A stretch of 64,000 nt of DNA, taken from positions 1,780,794-1,844,793 of the forward strand of contig OY729427.2 of NCBI GenBank assembly GCA_963422375.2. The letters run 5' to 3'. This document shows, piece by piece, positions 22,401 through 32,776 of the stretch. The position numbers and the translations under genes are program-made. Positions within the stretch are counted from its first letter, which is position 1; the number at the start of each line of letters is the position of its first letter. The notes under the pieces are model-generated. The model had not been told where the DNA came from, searched no databases, and saw only the letters and a program-made list of their open reading frames with translations. This DNA is from Bryobacterales bacterium (GTDB taxonomy: Bacteria; Acidobacteriota; Terriglobia; Bryobacterales; UBA6623).

Positions 22401-23637
22401 CGCCGTGCCACGCCTGCAGGAGGCGGCGGCTGATCAGGTCGAGAATCTTCTCCTCCGCCGAGCCGCCCGCGACGCCCTGCGCCGCGCCGGTCGGCACGAT
22501 CGCGTGGTGGTCGGTGACCTTGGCGTCGTCCACGAAGCGCTTGCCGAGCGGCCGGTCGCCGGTCCCCTCGGCGATCGCCGCCGCGTCGTATCCGCTCGCG
22601 ACCCGCTTCGCGACGGCGCCGACGCCGCTCGCGACCTCGCTCGACAGATGCCGGCTGTCGGTGCGGGGGTAGGTGATCGACTTGTGCCGCTCGTAGAGCT
22701 GCTGGGCGAGCGCGAGCGTGCGGTCGGCGCTGTATCCGTACAGCCGGTTGGCGTGCCGCTGCAGCTCGGTCAGGTCGTAGAGCAGAGGGGGGGGCAGGCG
22801 CTTGTTGGCCTTGCGGATCGACTGGATGTCGGCCTTGCCGACGGCGGCGCGTTCCACTACGGCAGCGGCCTGGTCGCCGTCGGCGGGCAGGCGGGTCTGG
22901 CGCTTGCCCTTCACCAGCCTGAAGTAGGTGCCGCGGTAGACCCGCCCCTCGCCCGCGTCGAACTCCGCCTGCACCTCCAGGTAGTCCTCGGGCACGAAGT
23001 TGCGAATCGCCAGCTCGCGCTCCACCAGCATGGCCAGCGTGGGCGTCTGGACGCGGCCCACGGAAAGGACCTCGTCGCGGTCGATCGAGTAGACCCGCGT
23101 CAGATTCATGCCGACCAGCCAGTCGGCCCGGCTGCGCGCCTTCGCGGCAGACGCGAGATCGTCGAACTCGCTGGAAGGGCGCAGCTGCTCGAAGCCCCGG
23201 CGGATGGCGTCGCGCGTCAGGGACGAGATCCACAGCCGGTCCACGGGCTTGTCGCAGCCCGCGGCTTCGTAGATCAGGCGGAAGATCAGCTCGCCCTCCC
23301 GCCCGGCGTCGGTGGCGCAGACCACCCGCCCGATGCGCTGGTTCGTCAGGATTTTCCGGACGACCTCGAACTGGTCGCTCCGGCCCTCGTCGACCCGCAG
23401 CGGCCAGCGGGACGGCAGCATCGGCAGCGTGGACCGCCGCCACGCCTTCCACTGGGGATCGATCTGGTGCGGTTCGGCGAGCGCCACCAAGTGGCCGATG
23501 GCCCAGGTGACGACGAAGCCGTTGCCGGCATAGTACCCGTCTCGGCGAGTGGACGCTCCCAGTGCCGCCGAGATATCCCGGCCTACGGACGGCTTCTCGG
23601 CGACGATGGCGGTATGCGTGGCTGGCCCGCGATGCAC
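19441..23637 (-). CDS. topB: DNA topoisomerase III fused to RecQ helicase (RQC and HRDC domains)
   Basis: [40 protein letters not shown]; then [45 protein letters not shown], Cys zinc motif, HRDC-like tail; one continuous ORF. Confidence 0.93.
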   Translation of the reverse strand: MHRGPATHTAIVAEKPSVGRDISAALGASTRRDGYYAGNGFVVTWAIGHLVALAEPHQIDPQWKAWRRSTLPMLPSRWPLRVDEGRSDQFEVVRKILTNQRIGRVVCATDAGREGELIFRLIYEAAGCDKPVDRLWISSLTRDAIRRGFEQLRPSSEFDDLASAAKARSRADWLVGMNLTRVYSIDRDEVLSVGRVQTPTLAMLVERELAIRNFVPEDYLEVQAEFDAGEGRVYRGTYFRLVKGKRQTRLPADGDQAAAVVERAAVGKADIQSIRKANKRLPPPLLYDLTELQRHANRLYGYSADRTLALAQQLYERHKSITYPRTDSRHLSSEVASGVGAVAKRVASGYDAAAIAEGTGDRPLGKRFVDDAKVTDHHAIVPTGAAQGVAGGSAEEKILDLISRRLLQAWHGDHKYSATTVITRIACKADADQYLSAGTAVDEEGWKVLDIKTAGKRREEPQLPGGLGEGQRVKVAKAEALKKRTRPPARFTEATLLTAMESAGKTLDSKQLSEAMKERGIGTPATRASIIETLLKREYARRDKKQLSATDKGIRLLEIVHPKVRSPAMTGEWESQLREIERGDGGFDAFMRGIEEFVREVVGANGSAPARARPDPGAPDAPFGGDEPPAAARGPSAEHAAPAAASQRTDRAAGPLGRPQQPGPNGRTAPAASEGQGGRGQARDREPSGGSDGPHAARLSASGPSAAPTSPGRMRTLLRERFGHDAFRPHQEDACRQVLAGEDVLLVMPTGAGKSLCYQLPGVARGGTTLVISPLIALMEDQTEKLRQQGFRAERIHSGRDRLESRRVCQDYLAGELDFLHIAPERLAVPGFPELLARRAPGLVAIDEAHCISMWGHDFRPEYRRLRDRVPALRPAPVIALTATATPGVQDDIAEQLGLADCRRLIHGFRRENLQIELVELVPKLRPPALVRLLEDEGRRPAIVYAPTRKASEEQAQALAASHKVAAYHAGMPAEDRDRVQASFLQGEIDIIVATIAFGMGIDKADVRTVVHTGLPGSIEGYYQEIGRAGRDGKPSKAVLLYSWIDRKTHEFFLERDYPEPSALETLFGQLSAEARPVADLLGLFGGDFQKLEKAVEKMWIHGGIRIDADENATRGEDRWLDSYVRQRDHKIAQTNQVWEFTRSQDCRMLDLVRHFGDLEDSLKPCGRCDNCQPSSCALKTFREPTAIEAQVVGEVLGSLRLRDGQSVGKLFREHAETRRMERRAYERLVDAIAAAGLARVENDSFVNKEQERIEFRRLCLTDSGRSASRPGSEVRLPAEGAGLAGPAKQRAGRKSSTSRRRARPDGPAPASRLGLDNVPAPDAASELIRSALRAWRKEEATRTKKPPYVILHNRSLDWIADSKPRDQRQLLSAPGVGPSVAGRYGAHILRIVRTVET

Positions 23638-23785
23638 AGGTTACACGCTCAGTGTAGCGCCGCGACGCGGCGGCGGGGCTACACTTGGAGGCTCGCTGCC
23701 TCATGACCCGCCATGGCAGAGTCGCGCTCGCGGGCCGTCCCCGCCCGGCGGTCGCGCGGCGACCGCTCCGCCGGGGATCGGGCGC

Positions 23786-24712
23786 GTGAACCGGCTGGCC
23801 GAGCGGATCCGCGCCGGCGATCCGCGCGCCCTCGCCCGCGGCCTCAGCTGGGTGGAGAATCGCGCGCCGGGCTCCGTCGGCCTCCTGCGCGCCCTGCACA
23901 GCCCCGAGCGCCGGGCCTTGCGGCTCGGCATCACCGGGGCGCCGGGCGCCGGCAAGAGCACCTTGGTGGACTGCGTGGTCCGGCTCCTGCGCCGGGAGGG
24001 GCGGTCCGTCGCGATCCTGGCCGTGGACCCGAGCAGCCCGTTCAGCGGCGGGGCGGTCCTCGGCGACCGGGTCAGGATGCAGCGTCACCACGGCGACCCG
24101 GGCGTGTTCATCCGCTCGATGGCCTCGCGCGGCCAGCTCGGCGGCCTCGCCCCTGCGGTGGGTGACGCCCTCGCCCTGCTGGAGGCGTTCGGCGCCTTTG
24201 CTGTCGTCATCGAGACCGCCGGTGTCGGGCAGAGCGAGGTGGACGTGGTACAGCTGGCCGCGACCGTGGCCGTGGTGCTGGTGCCGTCTCTCGGCGACGA
24301 CATCCAGGCCGCGAAGGCAGGCATCATGGAAATAGCCGACCTGTTCGTCATCAACAAGGCCGACCTGCCCGGCGCGGACGAGCTGGAGCGCCAGCTCCTG
24401 GCCATGACCTCGCTGGTTCCGCGCGGCCGCCCCGGTCCGCCGGTCGTGCGAACGGTGGCCAGCCGGTGCGAGGGCGTCGAAGAGCTGCTTCGCCTGCTCC
24501 GGCGGGGCGGGCGCGACCGGGACGGCGCGGGCTACTGGAAGAGGCTCCTGCTCAACAGGATCGGCGCGGAAGTGCGGGGCATGCTGGAGTCAGGCGGGGC
24601 GCTCTCCGCCGACTTGGAGCGTGCCGCGGAGGCCGTCGCCGCGGGTCGTCTCAATCCGTACTCCTTCGAGAGCGAGATGCTGGCGCGTCTGCGACCGCAG
24701 TGGAAGACATGA
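23786..24712 (+). CDS. meaB: Methylmalonyl-CoA mutase-associated GTPase MeaB
   Basis: GITGAPGAGKST, AVDPSSPFSGGAVLGDRVRM, IETAGVGQSE, NKAD. Confidence 0.92.
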   Translation: MNRLAERIRAGDPRALARGLSWVENRAPGSVGLLRALHSPERRALRLGITGAPGAGKSTLVDCVVRLLRREGRSVAILAVDPSSPFSGGAVLGDRVRMQRHHGDPGVFIRSMASRGQLGGLAPAVGDALALLEAFGAFAVVIETAGVGQSEVDVVQLAATVAVVLVPSLGDDIQAAKAGIMEIADLFVINKADLPGADELERQLLAMTSLVPRGRPGPPVVRTVASRCEGVEELLRLLRRGGRDRDGAGYWKRLLLNRIGAEVRGMLESGGALSADLERAAEAVAAGRLNPYSFESEMLARLRPQWKT

Positions 24713-25149
24713 CAATCGATCACATCGGAATCGCCGTGCGCTCGATCGACGAGGCGCTCGAGCTCTACCGGGGCTGCTTGGGTTTGGAGCCCACGCGGCG
24801 GACGAGGGTCGAGCACGAGCGGGTGGAGGCGGCCGTGCTCCCTGCCGGGGGCGGGCGGATCGAGCTGCTGGAGCCGACCGCCGCCGACTCCGCGATCGCG
24901 CGCTTCCTCGAGAGACGCGGGCCGGGCGTGCATCACATCGCGCTGCAGGTGGACGATCTCGAGGGCGCCATCGAGTCCGTGCGCCGGTCCGGCCGTCGGC
25001 TCGTCTCCGACCGCGTCGGGATCGGAGCCGAGGGCTACAGGTACGTCTTCGTGCATCCCAGCGCCGCGGGCGGGGTGCTGCTCGAGCTGGTGGAGCGGGC
25101 CGGGCAGCGTCAGGACGGCGGCGCGCAGGGACTAGGAGGCACGCCGTGA
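24709..25149 (+). CDS. mce: Methylmalonyl-CoA epimerase (VOC family)
   Basis: IDHIGIAV, IELLEP, GPGVHHIAL, FVHP..GGVLLELVE; ATGA overlap with meaB. Confidence 0.9.
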   Translation: MTIDHIGIAVRSIDEALELYRGCLGLEPTRRTRVEHERVEAAVLPAGGGRIELLEPTAADSAIARFLERRGPGVHHIALQVDDLEGAIESVRRSGRRLVSDRVGIGAEGYRYVFVHPSAAGGVLLELVERAGQRQDGGAQGLGGTP

Positions 25150-26459
25150 GACCGACCCACCCGCCGGACGCGGCCGCGCACGTCGCTCGCCTGGAGGCCG
25201 AGAACTCCCGGCTCAAGCTCGCCATCGAGGAGCTCTCGATTCTGAACGAGGTCTCCACGGCCGTGTCGAGCACCTCGTCCCTCGAGGCGACCGTTGACCT
25301 CATCGTCAAGAAGTGCGTCAAGCACCTGAAGGTGGAGCAAGGGGCCGTTCTGCTGTTCGACCGGCTCGAGGGCGGATCCGCGCTGAAGACGATGGTGCGG
25401 CAGGTCGAGAGCGACGCGGCGGGCATTCCGATGCGGCTCGGCGACCAGATCACCGGCTGGATGCTGAAGAACCAGAAGCCGCTGGTCGTGGACGACTTCG
25501 AGCGCGACAGCCGGTTCCGGGCGCCGTCCGGGCGGGGCCGGATCCAGTCGCTGCTGTGCGTCCCGATGAAGCTCAAGGGACGCCTGATCGGCGTCGTGAA
25601 CGTCTTCAACAAGTCCGGCGGGAGGGTCTTCAGCCCCGGGGACCAGCGCCTGCTCAGCATTATCGCCACCCAGTCGGCGCAGGTGGTCGAGAACGCCCGG
25701 CTGATGGAGGAGGAGAAGGCCTTGGAAATCCTCCAGGAGGAGCTCCGGCTGGCCCGCGAGATCCAGAAGAAGCTGCTACCCAAGGAGCCTCCCGAGATTC
25801 GCGGCTACGATGTCGCCGGTCACTCCGAGCCGGCCAAGCGGGTGGGCGGGGACTACTTCGACTTCCTCGATCTCGGGCAGGGGCGGCTGGGGCTGTGCCT
25901 GGCGGACGTTTCCGGCAAGGGCATCACTGCGGCGCTGCTGATGTCCAACGTGCAGGCGACCATTCGCAGCCAGAGCCGCCTGGCGCCCGACCCCGGCGCG
26001 TGCATGGCGCGGTCGAACGACATGCTGCACGCCAGCACCGACTCGGACAAGTTCGTGACGATGTTCTACGGCGTCCTCGACACGCGCGCCCACCGGCTGG
26101 AGTACTGCAACGCGGGGCACAACCCGCCCCTCCTGCTGTCCGGCGGCGACGCCCCGGCCCTGCTCGAGACCGGCGGCCCGGTACTCGGCGTCGTGCCGGG
26201 ATACCCCTACGAGCGCGGCGAGACGGAATTCGGGCCGGGCCAGACCCTGCTGGTGTACAGCGACGGCTTCAGCGAGGCGATGAATCCGCGCTTCGAGGAG
26301 TTCGGCGACGAGCGCCTGCGGGCCGCGGCCGTCGCCAAGGCGCCCCTGACGCCGCAGCGAATGCTCGCGGAGCTCCTGCGCGAGGTCAGCGAGTTCTGCG
26401 GCGACGCCTCGCAGGCCGACGACATGACGATCATGGCCGTCCGGCGCCGGGCGCGGTGA
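25146..26459 (+). CDS. GAF + SpoIIE/PP2C phosphatase (RsbU/RsbP-like)
   Basis: GAF region SLLCVPM..IGVVNV; VGGDYFD, ADVSGKG, NAGHNPP, YSDGFSEA, DDMT. Confidence 0.92.
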   Translation: MRPTHPPDAAAHVARLEAENSRLKLAIEELSILNEVSTAVSSTSSLEATVDLIVKKCVKHLKVEQGAVLLFDRLEGGSALKTMVRQVESDAAGIPMRLGDQITGWMLKNQKPLVVDDFERDSRFRAPSGRGRIQSLLCVPMKLKGRLIGVVNVFNKSGGRVFSPGDQRLLSIIATQSAQVVENARLMEEEKALEILQEELRLAREIQKKLLPKEPPEIRGYDVAGHSEPAKRVGGDYFDFLDLGQGRLGLCLADVSGKGITAALLMSNVQATIRSQSRLAPDPGACMARSNDMLHASTDSDKFVTMFYGVLDTRAHRLEYCNAGHNPPLLLSGGDAPALLETGGPVLGVVPGYPYERGETEFGPGQTLLVYSDGFSEAMNPRFEEFGDERLRAAAVAKAPLTPQRMLAELLREVSEFCGDASQADDMTIMAVRRRAR

Positions 26460-27822
26460 GGGCCGGCCGGCCGCTCGCGACGGCAGCGGCGACGCGCCGG
26501 CTGAGCCGCACGCAGTCGGGCACGCCGAGCCCCTCGTAGCCGTTCCCGGCCAGATGGAGCCCCGGCAGGGCCTGCAGCCGCCCGGCGATCGCGGCCGCCA
26601 AGCGGTCGTGACCCACGGCGTAATGCGGCATGGCGGCCCGCCAGCGGTAGACGCGGGCGGCCTCCGGTGCGTTCCGGAGGCCCATCCACCTGCGCAGCTC
26701 TCTGTCCGCCCGCCCGGCCACCTGGACGTCGCGCTCCGCGAGGGCCCGGTCGGCGTGCGCGCCCGTGAGAAACGCCCGCAGCAGCGCCGCGCCCGGCGGT
26801 GACCGGGCGGGGAACTTGGTCCCGGACCAGGTACATGCGGCGACCGTCCCGCCCTCGGCGCGCGGCACGAGGAAACCGAAGCCGTCCAGCGGATGGCCGA
26901 GGCCGGCCCGCCCGTACGCCAGCGCCGCGACGACCGCGGACGAGTAGGGGATGCCCGCCAGCTGGTCGGCCAGCGCGCTGTCGAAGGACCGGGCCAGGCG
27001 GGCCGCTTCGTGGGCCGGCGCGGCCACGATCACGATGTCGGCCGCGCACGCGCCGCCGTCCAGGAGCAGGGTCCAGCCGCCGTCGGCGCGGCGCAGGCCG
27101 CGCACGCGCTCTCGCGCGAACTCGCAATGCCCGGCGGCTTGCCGCTCGAGCGCCGCGACCAACCCGGCCATGCCGTCCCGCAGGGTCAGGAACAGCGGTC
27201 CGCCGGCCTTGCGGCGCCGGTTCCGGTAGGCGCCCCGCAGGACGCTGCCGTAGCGCCGCTCGTACTCGACGAACCGGGGCAGGACCCGCCGCGCGGACAA
27301 GGCTTCGGGCGGGGCGCCGTACACGCCCGCCGTCATCGGCTGCGCGAGATACTCCACGGCCTCGTCGCCGAAGTGGTCGCGGACGAACTCCGCGACCGAG
27401 CGGTCGCGGCGCTCGCGCGGCCGCCGGAACCACTCCAAGGCCATGCGCGCCTTCGTGCCGGGGCCGAGAAGCGGCGTGGCGGCCGCCTGCCAGGGCTTGC
27501 TCGGCGCGAGCAGGCGCATGCTGCGGGGCAGGGCCACCAGCCGTCCCTTGCGGGCGACGAACGTGCGCCGTCGGTCGTCGTTCGACCCGATGACCTGGTC
27601 CCCGAGGCCGAGTTCGTCCACGAATTCGCGCATCCAGCGCTTCTCGCCGAGCCAGCTGTCCGGTCCGGCCTCGACCAGGCAGCCGTGCATCCTGTCCGTG
27701 CGGATCAGGCCGCCCCGGCGCGAGCGGCTTTCGAACAGCTTGCTGGGCACCCCCGCCGCCCCGAGGAAGTACGCCGCCGACAGTCCGGAGATCCCGCCTC
27801 CTACGATCGCGACCCGTTTCAC
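26431..27822 (-). CDS. hemG: Protoporphyrinogen/coproporphyrinogen oxidase (HemY-type)
   Basis: VAIVGGGISGL, EAGPDS, GFGFLVP, MPHYAVGH, GLGVPDC; GTGA overlap with hemE. Confidence 0.92.
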   Translation of the reverse strand: MKRVAIVGGGISGLSAAYFLGAAGVPSKLFESRSRRGGLIRTDRMHGCLVEAGPDSWLGEKRWMREFVDELGLGDQVIGSNDDRRRTFVARKGRLVALPRSMRLLAPSKPWQAAATPLLGPGTKARMALEWFRRPRERRDRSVAEFVRDHFGDEAVEYLAQPMTAGVYGAPPEALSARRVLPRFVEYERRYGSVLRGAYRNRRRKAGGPLFLTLRDGMAGLVAALERQAAGHCEFARERVRGLRRADGGWTLLLDGGACAADIVIVAAPAHEAARLARSFDSALADQLAGIPYSSAVVAALAYGRAGLGHPLDGFGFLVPRAEGGTVAACTWSGTKFPARSPPGAALLRAFLTGAHADRALAERDVQVAGRADRELRRWMGLRNAPEAARVYRWRAAMPHYAVGHDRLAAAIAGRLQALPGLHLAGNGYEGLGVPDCVRLSRRVAAAVASGRPALTAPGAGRP

Positions 27823-28853
27823 GGCTTGCGGGCGGCGCAGTACTCGCGCACGAAACCCACCGCGGCGCGGACATGCTCGACCGGGGTCTGGGGGATGATG
27901 CCGTGGCCGAGGTTGAAGATGTGGCCCGCCCGGCCCGCCGCGCCGTCCAGCACCGCATGCACCTTGTCGCGCAGCTCCGGGAGCGGCGCGAGCAGCGCGA
28001 CCGGGTCGAGGTTGCCCTGAACGGCCAGGTTGGGGCCGATGCGCTTCCAGGCCGCGCCGATCTCCACGCGCCAGTCGAGGCCCAGCACGTCGCCACCGGC
28101 CTGCGCGAACAGCTCGAGGTAGGCGCCCGTGCCCGTGCCGAAGTGGATCACGGGCACGCCTTCGGCCTGCAGCTGCCGGATCAGGCTCCGCGAGTGCGGC
28201 AGCGCGAACCGCTTGTAGTCCGACGGGGAGAGGGCGCCGGCCCAGCTGTCGAACACCTGAATGGCCGCGGCGCCGCCGGCGACCTGGAGCGCGGCGTAGG
28301 GCACGAGCACTCGGACGATGCGCTCCATCAGCTCCCGCCACACCGTCGGCTGGCTCCACATCAGGCTCTTGGTACGGGCGTAGCGGCGCGTCCCGCCGCC
28401 CTCGATCATGTAGCTGGCCAGCGTGAACGGCGCCCCCACGAACCCGATGACCGGCAGGCGGTCTCCGAGCTGCTCGCGGGCCAGCGCGATGGACTCCCCG
28501 ACGTACCCGAGGTCGGCGGCGCGTCGGGTCTCCAGGCCGCGGACGTCGGCCGCCGACCGGACCGGCCTGTCGATCCGCGGCCCCGCCCCGCCGGGGAAGG
28601 CAATGCCGAGGCCCATCGCTTCCAGCGGCAGCAGCAGGTCGGCGAAGATGATCGCGGCGTCTACGTCCAGCGCCTCGACGGGCTGCTGCGTGACCTCCGC
28701 GGCCAGGCGCGGCGTCTTGCAGATCTCAAGGATCGAGTGGCTCTGGCGCAGGCGGCGGTACTCCGCCATGTAGCGGCCCGCCTGGCGCATGAACCAGATC
28801 GGCGGGCAGTCCGCCGGTTTGCGGGCGCAGGCGCGAAGGAATCGCTCGCGCAT
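27819..28853 (-). CDS. hemE: Uroporphyrinogen decarboxylase
   Basis: PIWFMRQAGRY, GAPFTLASYMIEG, QVFDSW, QGNLDP, HIFNLGHG. Confidence 0.96.
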   Translation of the reverse strand: MRERFLRACARKPADCPPIWFMRQAGRYMAEYRRLRQSHSILEICKTPRLAAEVTQQPVEALDVDAAIIFADLLLPLEAMGLGIAFPGGAGPRIDRPVRSAADVRGLETRRAADLGYVGESIALAREQLGDRLPVIGFVGAPFTLASYMIEGGGTRRYARTKSLMWSQPTVWRELMERIVRVLVPYAALQVAGGAAAIQVFDSWAGALSPSDYKRFALPHSRSLIRQLQAEGVPVIHFGTGTGAYLELFAQAGGDVLGLDWRVEIGAAWKRIGPNLAVQGNLDPVALLAPLPELRDKVHAVLDGAAGRAGHIFNLGHGIIPQTPVEHVRAAVGFVREYCAARKP

Positions 28854-28873
28854 CGCCCCACTATATCGAGTGC

Positions 28874-29683
28874 TTGCGCCCGCCACGGCGCTGGAGGCGC
28901 GGCGGCGGGTACGTCCCGCGCATCAAGGGCCTGCCGCAGATCAAGATTAGGCCGCAGCGCGGGTTGCCGAGCCTCGAGCCTCGGTTCGTCCGCATCACCC
29001 GCACGGACGCAGGGATCAACGTGGACATGGTGCTCGACGGCGTCTGCAAGCAGCTGCTGCCGCCGTCCGAGTCCGCCGCGGGCAGCGACCCGGGCGTCGC
29101 GGATCAACTCGCTACCAGCGATGGCGAGCGTATCCGAGGCGTTGACGACACGCAGCATCGCAAGGCGACCCGCGAGCGCAGCCGTGCTGTCTCCCGCTCG
29201 AAGAAGGGCGGCAAGGCGCGCCGCAAGCAGCACGTTTCCAAGCGCAACGCCTGCCATCGCAAGCCCGCGCGGCCGGTCCGCAAGCACGGCACCCTCGTGG
29301 GCGAGGATCTGGCCGTCGAGACCATGACGCGTTCCGCGAAGGGCACCGCCGAGGCGCCCGGAACGAACGTCAAGCAGAAGGCTGGACCGCAGCGCTCGAT
29401 CCCGAGCCAGGCACGGGGATTGCTGCCAGGGCAGCTTGCGTGCAAGGCGGGATGGGCCGGTCGCAGGTCCGAGCAGGTCCATCCCGCCCATACGTCGCAG
29501 CGGTGCCATCGATGCGCCGAAGCGGACGGCTCGAATCGCAAGGGCACGCGCTGCGGCTGCTCGGGCGATGCGGACGTCAATGCGGTGATCAACGTCTTGC
29601 CGACTCCGAACTCGCCTGCGGCAGCTGCCAACCGCGGCAACGGTCGCGGTGCTGCCAGGAATCGTCCCAGTCAGCAATGACTC
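28874..29683 (+). pseudogene. tnpB: Degenerate TnpB (IS200/IS605-type) remnant, copy 1
   Basis: GSDPGV (RuvC-I), GEDLAVETMTRSAKGT..PGTNVKQKAG, TSQRCHRC, DADVNAVINV; N-terminus missing and internal deletions. Confidence 0.8.
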
Positions 29684-29692
29684 GTGACGCGT

Positions 29693-30706
29693 TCAGTCGA
29701 AGCGCTTCCCGTAGCCTCCCGGGGGCACCCGGCGCGGCGCTCCGAGCAACGCGGACTCCTCGATGAAGTACACCTGCCTGCCGACATACGCGTAGGTGCG
29801 CTCGCGGAGCTCGCCCTCCCGCTCCAGCACGAAGCGAAAGGCCGTGCCCCTGCCTTGCCTCGTGTCGAAGTTGCGCTCGATCTCGACCGGCAGATAGCCG
29901 ACCAGGTCCGAGACCTGGCGGATGACGAGATAGCGGTCGCGACGGCTGTCCCACCGGAAGACTCGGAGCAGGTCGAAGTCGTGCGTCTTGCCGCGGCCGG
30001 TCGACTGGAACCACAGCCACGTGGGCTTGGTCTCGCCGAGCGATTCGTCCTCGACCTCGCCGATCTTGAAGTAGGCGACGATCGAGCGCCCGCCCGCCAG
30101 CATCGCGATATGGAGCGGAAGATCCGCGTAGGCCATGTTCGCGATCAGCCAGCCGGTCTCGCCGACGGCTGGGACACGCACCAAGTACCAGTAGTCCTCG
30201 CCTGTCGGCGCGGGCTTCGGCTCGTCCTTGTCGTACGAGGGCAGCCGGTCCACCACCATGCGGTCGAGAATCTCGAACTCCTCGTCCGTTTCGAGCTGAT
30301 AGAACGTGGGAGCCCAGCGATACGGCTCGGTATGCACGTTCAGCGTGTCCCGCGCCCGCGAACGGCCCTGGCTCGTCAGGGCCGCCGACTGGTTGGTGAG
30401 GGCCCGGAGCTGCTGCCGCAGCTCGCTGTCGAGCAGCATCCTCGTGTCGAGCCAGCCGTCAAGCCGGTCGCCGGTCAGGACCCGGGCGAAGCTCCGATGG
30501 CGCTCCTGGATGATCACGGTCGAGTCGAAGTCCAAGATCGCGAGCACCGGCGCGTCGCGCTGCAGGTCGGCGTAGAGGGGGACTTCGTTGCGTGTGTAGT
30601 GGTAATCCGGCGGGACGGGCTCGTCCGATCCCAGGCACCCCACCAGGAACGTCACGGCGAGCGGAACCGCGCCGCGGCACCAAGGATGGCGGAACTGGAA
30701 CTTCAT
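29693..30706 (-). CDS. Putative lipoprotein with SH3-like domains
   Basis: Lipobox-like LVGC; RSFARV..LDGW and YWYLVR..ETGW SH3b-like segments. Confidence 0.7.
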   Translation of the reverse strand: MKFQFRHPWCRGAVPLAVTFLVGCLGSDEPVPPDYHYTRNEVPLYADLQRDAPVLAILDFDSTVIIQERHRSFARVLTGDRLDGWLDTRMLLDSELRQQLRALTNQSAALTSQGRSRARDTLNVHTEPYRWAPTFYQLETDEEFEILDRMVVDRLPSYDKDEPKPAPTGEDYWYLVRVPAVGETGWLIANMAYADLPLHIAMLAGGRSIVAYFKIGEVEDESLGETKPTWLWFQSTGRGKTHDFDLLRVFRWDSRRDRYLVIRQVSDLVGYLPVEIERNFDTRQGRGTAFRFVLEREGELRERTYAYVGRQVYFIEESALLGAPRRVPPGGYGKRFD

Positions 30707-30778
30707 CTTCTGCGCTCCGTCCCTCGTTGCCTCGCCGCTTCGCGGCGGTGCGCTTCGCTCTGTGTCTAATTGAATCAG

Positions 30779-31024
30779 ATGACCGACGGCCCTGCCAGAG
30801 GCGGCGCGACCGTAGCTCTTGGGCTGCTCTGCGGCGACTGCCGGCGTCCGCTGGGGTCTCCCGGCCCGGAGGCCCGGCCCGGCCGCGTCGCGGACGCCGA
30901 CATGTACTGCCCGGGCTGCAAGGCTGGTGGAGTCCTCGCACTCGAGTGCCCGGCGTGCGGAAGCGTGGTCTGCAGCGCGTGCGGATCGATCCTCGAGTCT
31001 TCCGCCGACCTCGGCTACGGCTGA
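30779..31024 (+). CDS. Small Cys-rich protein (four CxxC)
   Basis: CGDC, CPGC, CPAC, CSAC within 81 aa. Confidence 0.55.
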   Translation: MTDGPARGGATVALGLLCGDCRRPLGSPGPEARPGRVADADMYCPGCKAGGVLALECPACGSVVCSACGSILESSADLGYG

Positions 31025-31163
31025 CTCCGGCCCGCCGACTGTAACCAAGCGCCGCTAGCGTCTGCCTATCCAGTTAGGCGGGCGCTCCCGCCAGTCCGTT
31101 GGCACCTCCCGCAGGTCAAGCGGTGCGGGTCGCCGGCGCAGTTTCTAGACGGAGGAATCACTC

Positions 31164-31697
31164 ATGCTCGCACTCGTTGGCAGGGCCGCGCTCTTGGGCG
31201 CGGTCGCGCTGGCCGTCACCCCGTTCGCGGCGGCCGACAATCACGCCTACGCGGAAGAGGCCCAGGCGCGCCTCAAGACCCTCGAGGAGAGATTCGGCGG
31301 CCTGGCGGGTGCCCTGCCCGCCGACAAGTACACGTATCGGCCTGGCGAGGGCGTGCGCTCGGCGAGCGAGTTGCTCCTGCACGTGGCGGGAGCCAACTAC
31401 TTCGTGGCGCGGGCTTTCGGCACGGCACCTCCGGAGGGGCTGAACCTCCGCGGCCTCGAGAAATCGACGACGGACAAGAGTGACATCCAGTCCCGCGTGG
31501 CAAGCTCGTTCGAGCACCTCGGGCGTGCCATCGGCAAGGTAGGCCCTGGCGACGCCGAGAAGGCTATGAATCTCTTCGGCGGCAGCACGACGACTCGCGG
31601 TGCGCTGTGGAGGGCCATGGGCCACCTGAGCGAGCACCTCGGCCAGTTGATCGCCTACACCCGAGTCAACGGCGTCACCCCTCCTTGGAGCGAGTGA
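31164..31697 (+). CDS. DinB family protein, secreted
   Basis: Signal peptide; YRPGEGVRS..LLHVA; HLSEHLGQLIAY; GGAGG RBS. Confidence 0.9.
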   Translation: MLALVGRAALLGAVALAVTPFAAADNHAYAEEAQARLKTLEERFGGLAGALPADKYTYRPGEGVRSASELLLHVAGANYFVARAFGTAPPEGLNLRGLEKSTTDKSDIQSRVASSFEHLGRAIGKVGPGDAEKAMNLFGGSTTTRGALWRAMGHLSEHLGQLIAYTRVNGVTPPWSE

Positions 31698-31710
31698 TGA
31701 CAGCGGAGCG

Positions 31711-32481
31711 GTGACAGCGAGTTTGCTCGGAAGACGGACCGTGTTCCGGAATGTCGGGGGCCCGGCTGTCGCGGCCGCCTTCGCCGGGCTGCTGGCGGTG
31801 CAGGCCTTCGCGACCGAATTCTCCTTGGAGTCCGCCGAGGGCCTCGAGCTTGTCAAGGTCGAAGCCCTCCCCGACACGCTGAACGGCAAGAAGGGCCTCA
31901 GGGTCACCGGGGATGCAGAGTCGCTGAGGGCGGCGGTCGCCCGTGCCGGTGGCGGGAGACCGCCCGTGCCCGGCGCGCGCGAGCGGACGGACCACCTCGC
32001 GATCGTCAAGGGAGTGCGGTTCGGCAACGGCACGATCGAGCTGGAGGTCGCCGGCCAGCCCGCGCCCGGGTCGCGGGGCGGCGCCCGCGGATTCGTCGGC
32101 GTCGCTTGGCGCCTGCAGGAGGACGGCAAGACTTACGACTGCTTCTACCTGCGGCCGACCAACGGCCGGGCCGACGACCAAGAGCGGCGGAACCACACGG
32201 TGCAGTACATCTCGCATCCGGAATGGACTTGGTTCCGCTTTCGCAATGAGACGCCGAGCAAGTACGAGACGTACGCGGACATCGTTCCCGGGGAATGGAT
32301 CCCAGTAAAGATCGTGGTCGACGGGGAGAAAGCCCGACTTCACCTCAACGGAGCGGAACAGCCGACCCTGATCGTGAACGACGTGAAGTCGGGGCCCGGA
32401 GCCACCGGCAACGTGGCGCTCTGGCTCGAAGGGTCCACCGTCGCCCATTTCCGGAACCTGCGGATCACGCCCGGCGACTAG
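31711..32481 (+). CDS. Secreted beta-sandwich protein (DUF1080/LamG-like)
   Basis: FGNGTIELEV..GFVGVAWR..FYLRPTNGR..AHFRNLRI. Confidence 0.7.
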   Translation: MTASLLGRRTVFRNVGGPAVAAAFAGLLAVQAFATEFSLESAEGLELVKVEALPDTLNGKKGLRVTGDAESLRAAVARAGGGRPPVPGARERTDHLAIVKGVRFGNGTIELEVAGQPAPGSRGGARGFVGVAWRLQEDGKTYDCFYLRPTNGRADDQERRNHTVQYISHPEWTWFRFRNETPSKYETYADIVPGEWIPVKIVVDGEKARLHLNGAEQPTLIVNDVKSGPGATGNVALWLEGSTVAHFRNLRITPGD

Positions 32482-32776
32482 GGCCGGGCCGACGCGAGAG
32501 CCGCCATTCGCAGGTATCCTTGCGGAGCGGGACCCATGCCCCGCCGGATGCACGGCTTCGGCTCGTGGGCGATTTCCCGCTTGGCCGTGGAGGCTGCCCG
32601 CGATGGGCCCGTGTCCGACTCCTTGCGGACATCGGCGCGCCCTGAAATAGCGCGGCTGTCCCGGCGAGTCTCGCCGCCCGCGACTCGGGTGTCGGCGCTG
32701 CCCGGCCGTGCGGTGCCTTGCTCGGGCGGGCCGGGGTGCAGGCGGCACCGTGCTAGCCTGTTGCACGGAGACCGAC

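Noticed and set aside
18722..24091. 1789-aa ORF on the minus strand
   Set aside because: Arg/Gly/Pro-rich off-frame shadow of the topB-recQ gene; only the last ~204 aa (from 19336) look like a real protein
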